Source: an uncultured Acidimicrobiales bacterium (GTDB lineage Bacteria; Actinomycetota; Acidimicrobiia; Acidimicrobiales; RAAP-2). From it: DNA of 64,000 nt. Under the pieces are notes generated by a model that worked only from the letters and a program-made list of their open reading frames with translations, did no database searches and was not told where the DNA came from. Of the stretch, positions 63,348 through 64,000 are shown one piece after another. Numbering within the stretch: the stretch's first letter is position 1; every line of letters begins with the position of its first letter. The stretch covers positions 55,106 to 119,105 of the forward strand of contig CAVOTH010000002.1 of NCBI GenBank assembly GCA_963699085.1. Direction: 5' to 3'. The position numbers and the translations under genes are program-made.

Positions 63348-64000
63348 CCACCACATCCGACCGTCCGGTGGCCTTCGTGACCGGGGCCAGCCGGGGGATC
63401 GGCAAGGCCATCGCCCGTCACCTGGCCCGCGCCGGTCACGACGTGGCCATCGCCGCCCGCACCCGCCACGAGGGTGAGGAACGCGAGCACTCGTCGACGG
63501 TGGCTGCGTCGAACACCAAGCCACTACCCGGATCGCTCGACTCGACGGCGTCCGAGGTCGAGGCCGAGGGAGGTCGGGCCCTGTCCGTCTATCTGGACCT
63601 GCTCGACCGCACCACACTGGGCTCGGCCGTGGCGACGGTCATCGAGCGGTGGGGCCGGATCGACGTCCTGGTCAACAACGGCCGCTATGTCGGTCCGGGC
63701 CACATGGACCTGCTCCTGGACACCCCGGTGGAGCTGCTCGACCTGCACCTCCAGGCCAACGTGATGGCCCCGGTCATCCTGTCCAAGCTGGTTCTGCCCC
63801 AGATGGTCGAGCGGGGCCACGGCATCATCATCAACCTGGCGTCCAGCTCCGGCACCATGGACCCGCCCCGACCGGCGGGCAGTGGCGGATGGGGGCTCGG
63901 CTACGGCATGTCCAAGGGGGCGCTGCACCGGTTGGCCGGCATGGTCGCGGTGGAGCTCGGCGACAACGGAATATCCGCCTACAACCTGAGCCCCGGTTTC
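63344..64000 (+). CDS. SDR family oxidoreductase (3' end beyond window)
   Basis: Not in the ORF track because no stop is reached. I translated it myself from ATG 63344 (ATGA overlap with the ALDH stop): MTTTSDRPVAFVTGASRGIGKAIA...NNGRY...YGMSKGAL. Confidence 0.8.
   Translation, partial: MTTTSDRPVAFVTGASRGIGKAIARHLARAGHDVAIAARTRHEGEEREHSSTVAASNTKPLPGSLDSTASEVEAEGGRALSVYLDLLDRTTLGSAVATVIERWGRIDVLVNNGRYVGPGHMDLLLDTPVELLDLHLQANVMAPVILSKLVLPQMVERGHGIIINLASSSGTMDPPRPAGSGGWGLGYGMSKGALHRLAGMVAVELGDNGISAYNLSPGF

Overview
High-GC, Actinomycetota-type chromosomal segment. The phylum guess rests on composition and protein families (WS/DGAT, F420-type LLM oxidoreductase, DevS-like HisKA_3 module, DHA2 MFS pumps); an Acidimicrobiia-like origin cannot be proven here. 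I support about 50 protein-coding genes on both strands. I found no rRNA, tRNA, CRISPR array, transposase or integrase.

Gene content by position:
(i) 1-1.5 kb: the 3' end of an Ig-like surface protein with a six-fold repeat.
(ii) 1.6-13.8 kb: a signalling block with a wHTH regulator, a PAS protein, a Crp-family regulator, a patatin, a PLC-type phosphoesterase fused to an unknown domain, and a Zn-ribbon/class III cyclase/STAND-ATPase/TPR protein translationally coupled to a diiron protein.
(iii) 13-21.5 kb: a lipid-remodelling block with two soluble diiron proteins, a membrane desaturase, WS/DGAT and two alpha/beta hydrolases.
(iv) A broken PPK2 and a broken orphan solute-binding lipoprotein.
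(v) 24.9-27.8 kb: a secreted protein with 14 Cx5C repeats and atypical composition.
(vi) A DUF1611 plus PLP racemase-like operon.
(vii) Housekeeping regulators and enzymes: ArsR/SRPBCC, LLM, GGDEF-EAL, ADH, NERD, DD-carboxypeptidase.
(viii) 40-50.5 kb: an envelope/glycan locus with a UDP-sulfoquinovose synthase homolog, a polytopic membrane protein, two paralogous TM/coiled-coil proteins (one with a GH43-like domain) and a 1923-aa Asp-box/Ig/FN3 protein carrying a near-identical 552-bp tandem duplication.
(ix) 54-64 kb: a MarR/MFS pair and a catabolic cluster (thioesterase, amidohydrolases, SDRs, ALDH).

Six genes are interrupted by eight reading-frame breaks in total. Seven of the eight are +1-type, mostly at short G/C runs or GC repeats, so assembly indels must be excluded before calling them pseudogenes.

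The most interesting candidates are the sqdB-membrane protein locus, the Cx5C repeat protein, the tandem duplication in the giant gene, and the cyclase/diiron/phospholipase neighbourhood. All functional calls come from motif recognition by eye. No searches were run.
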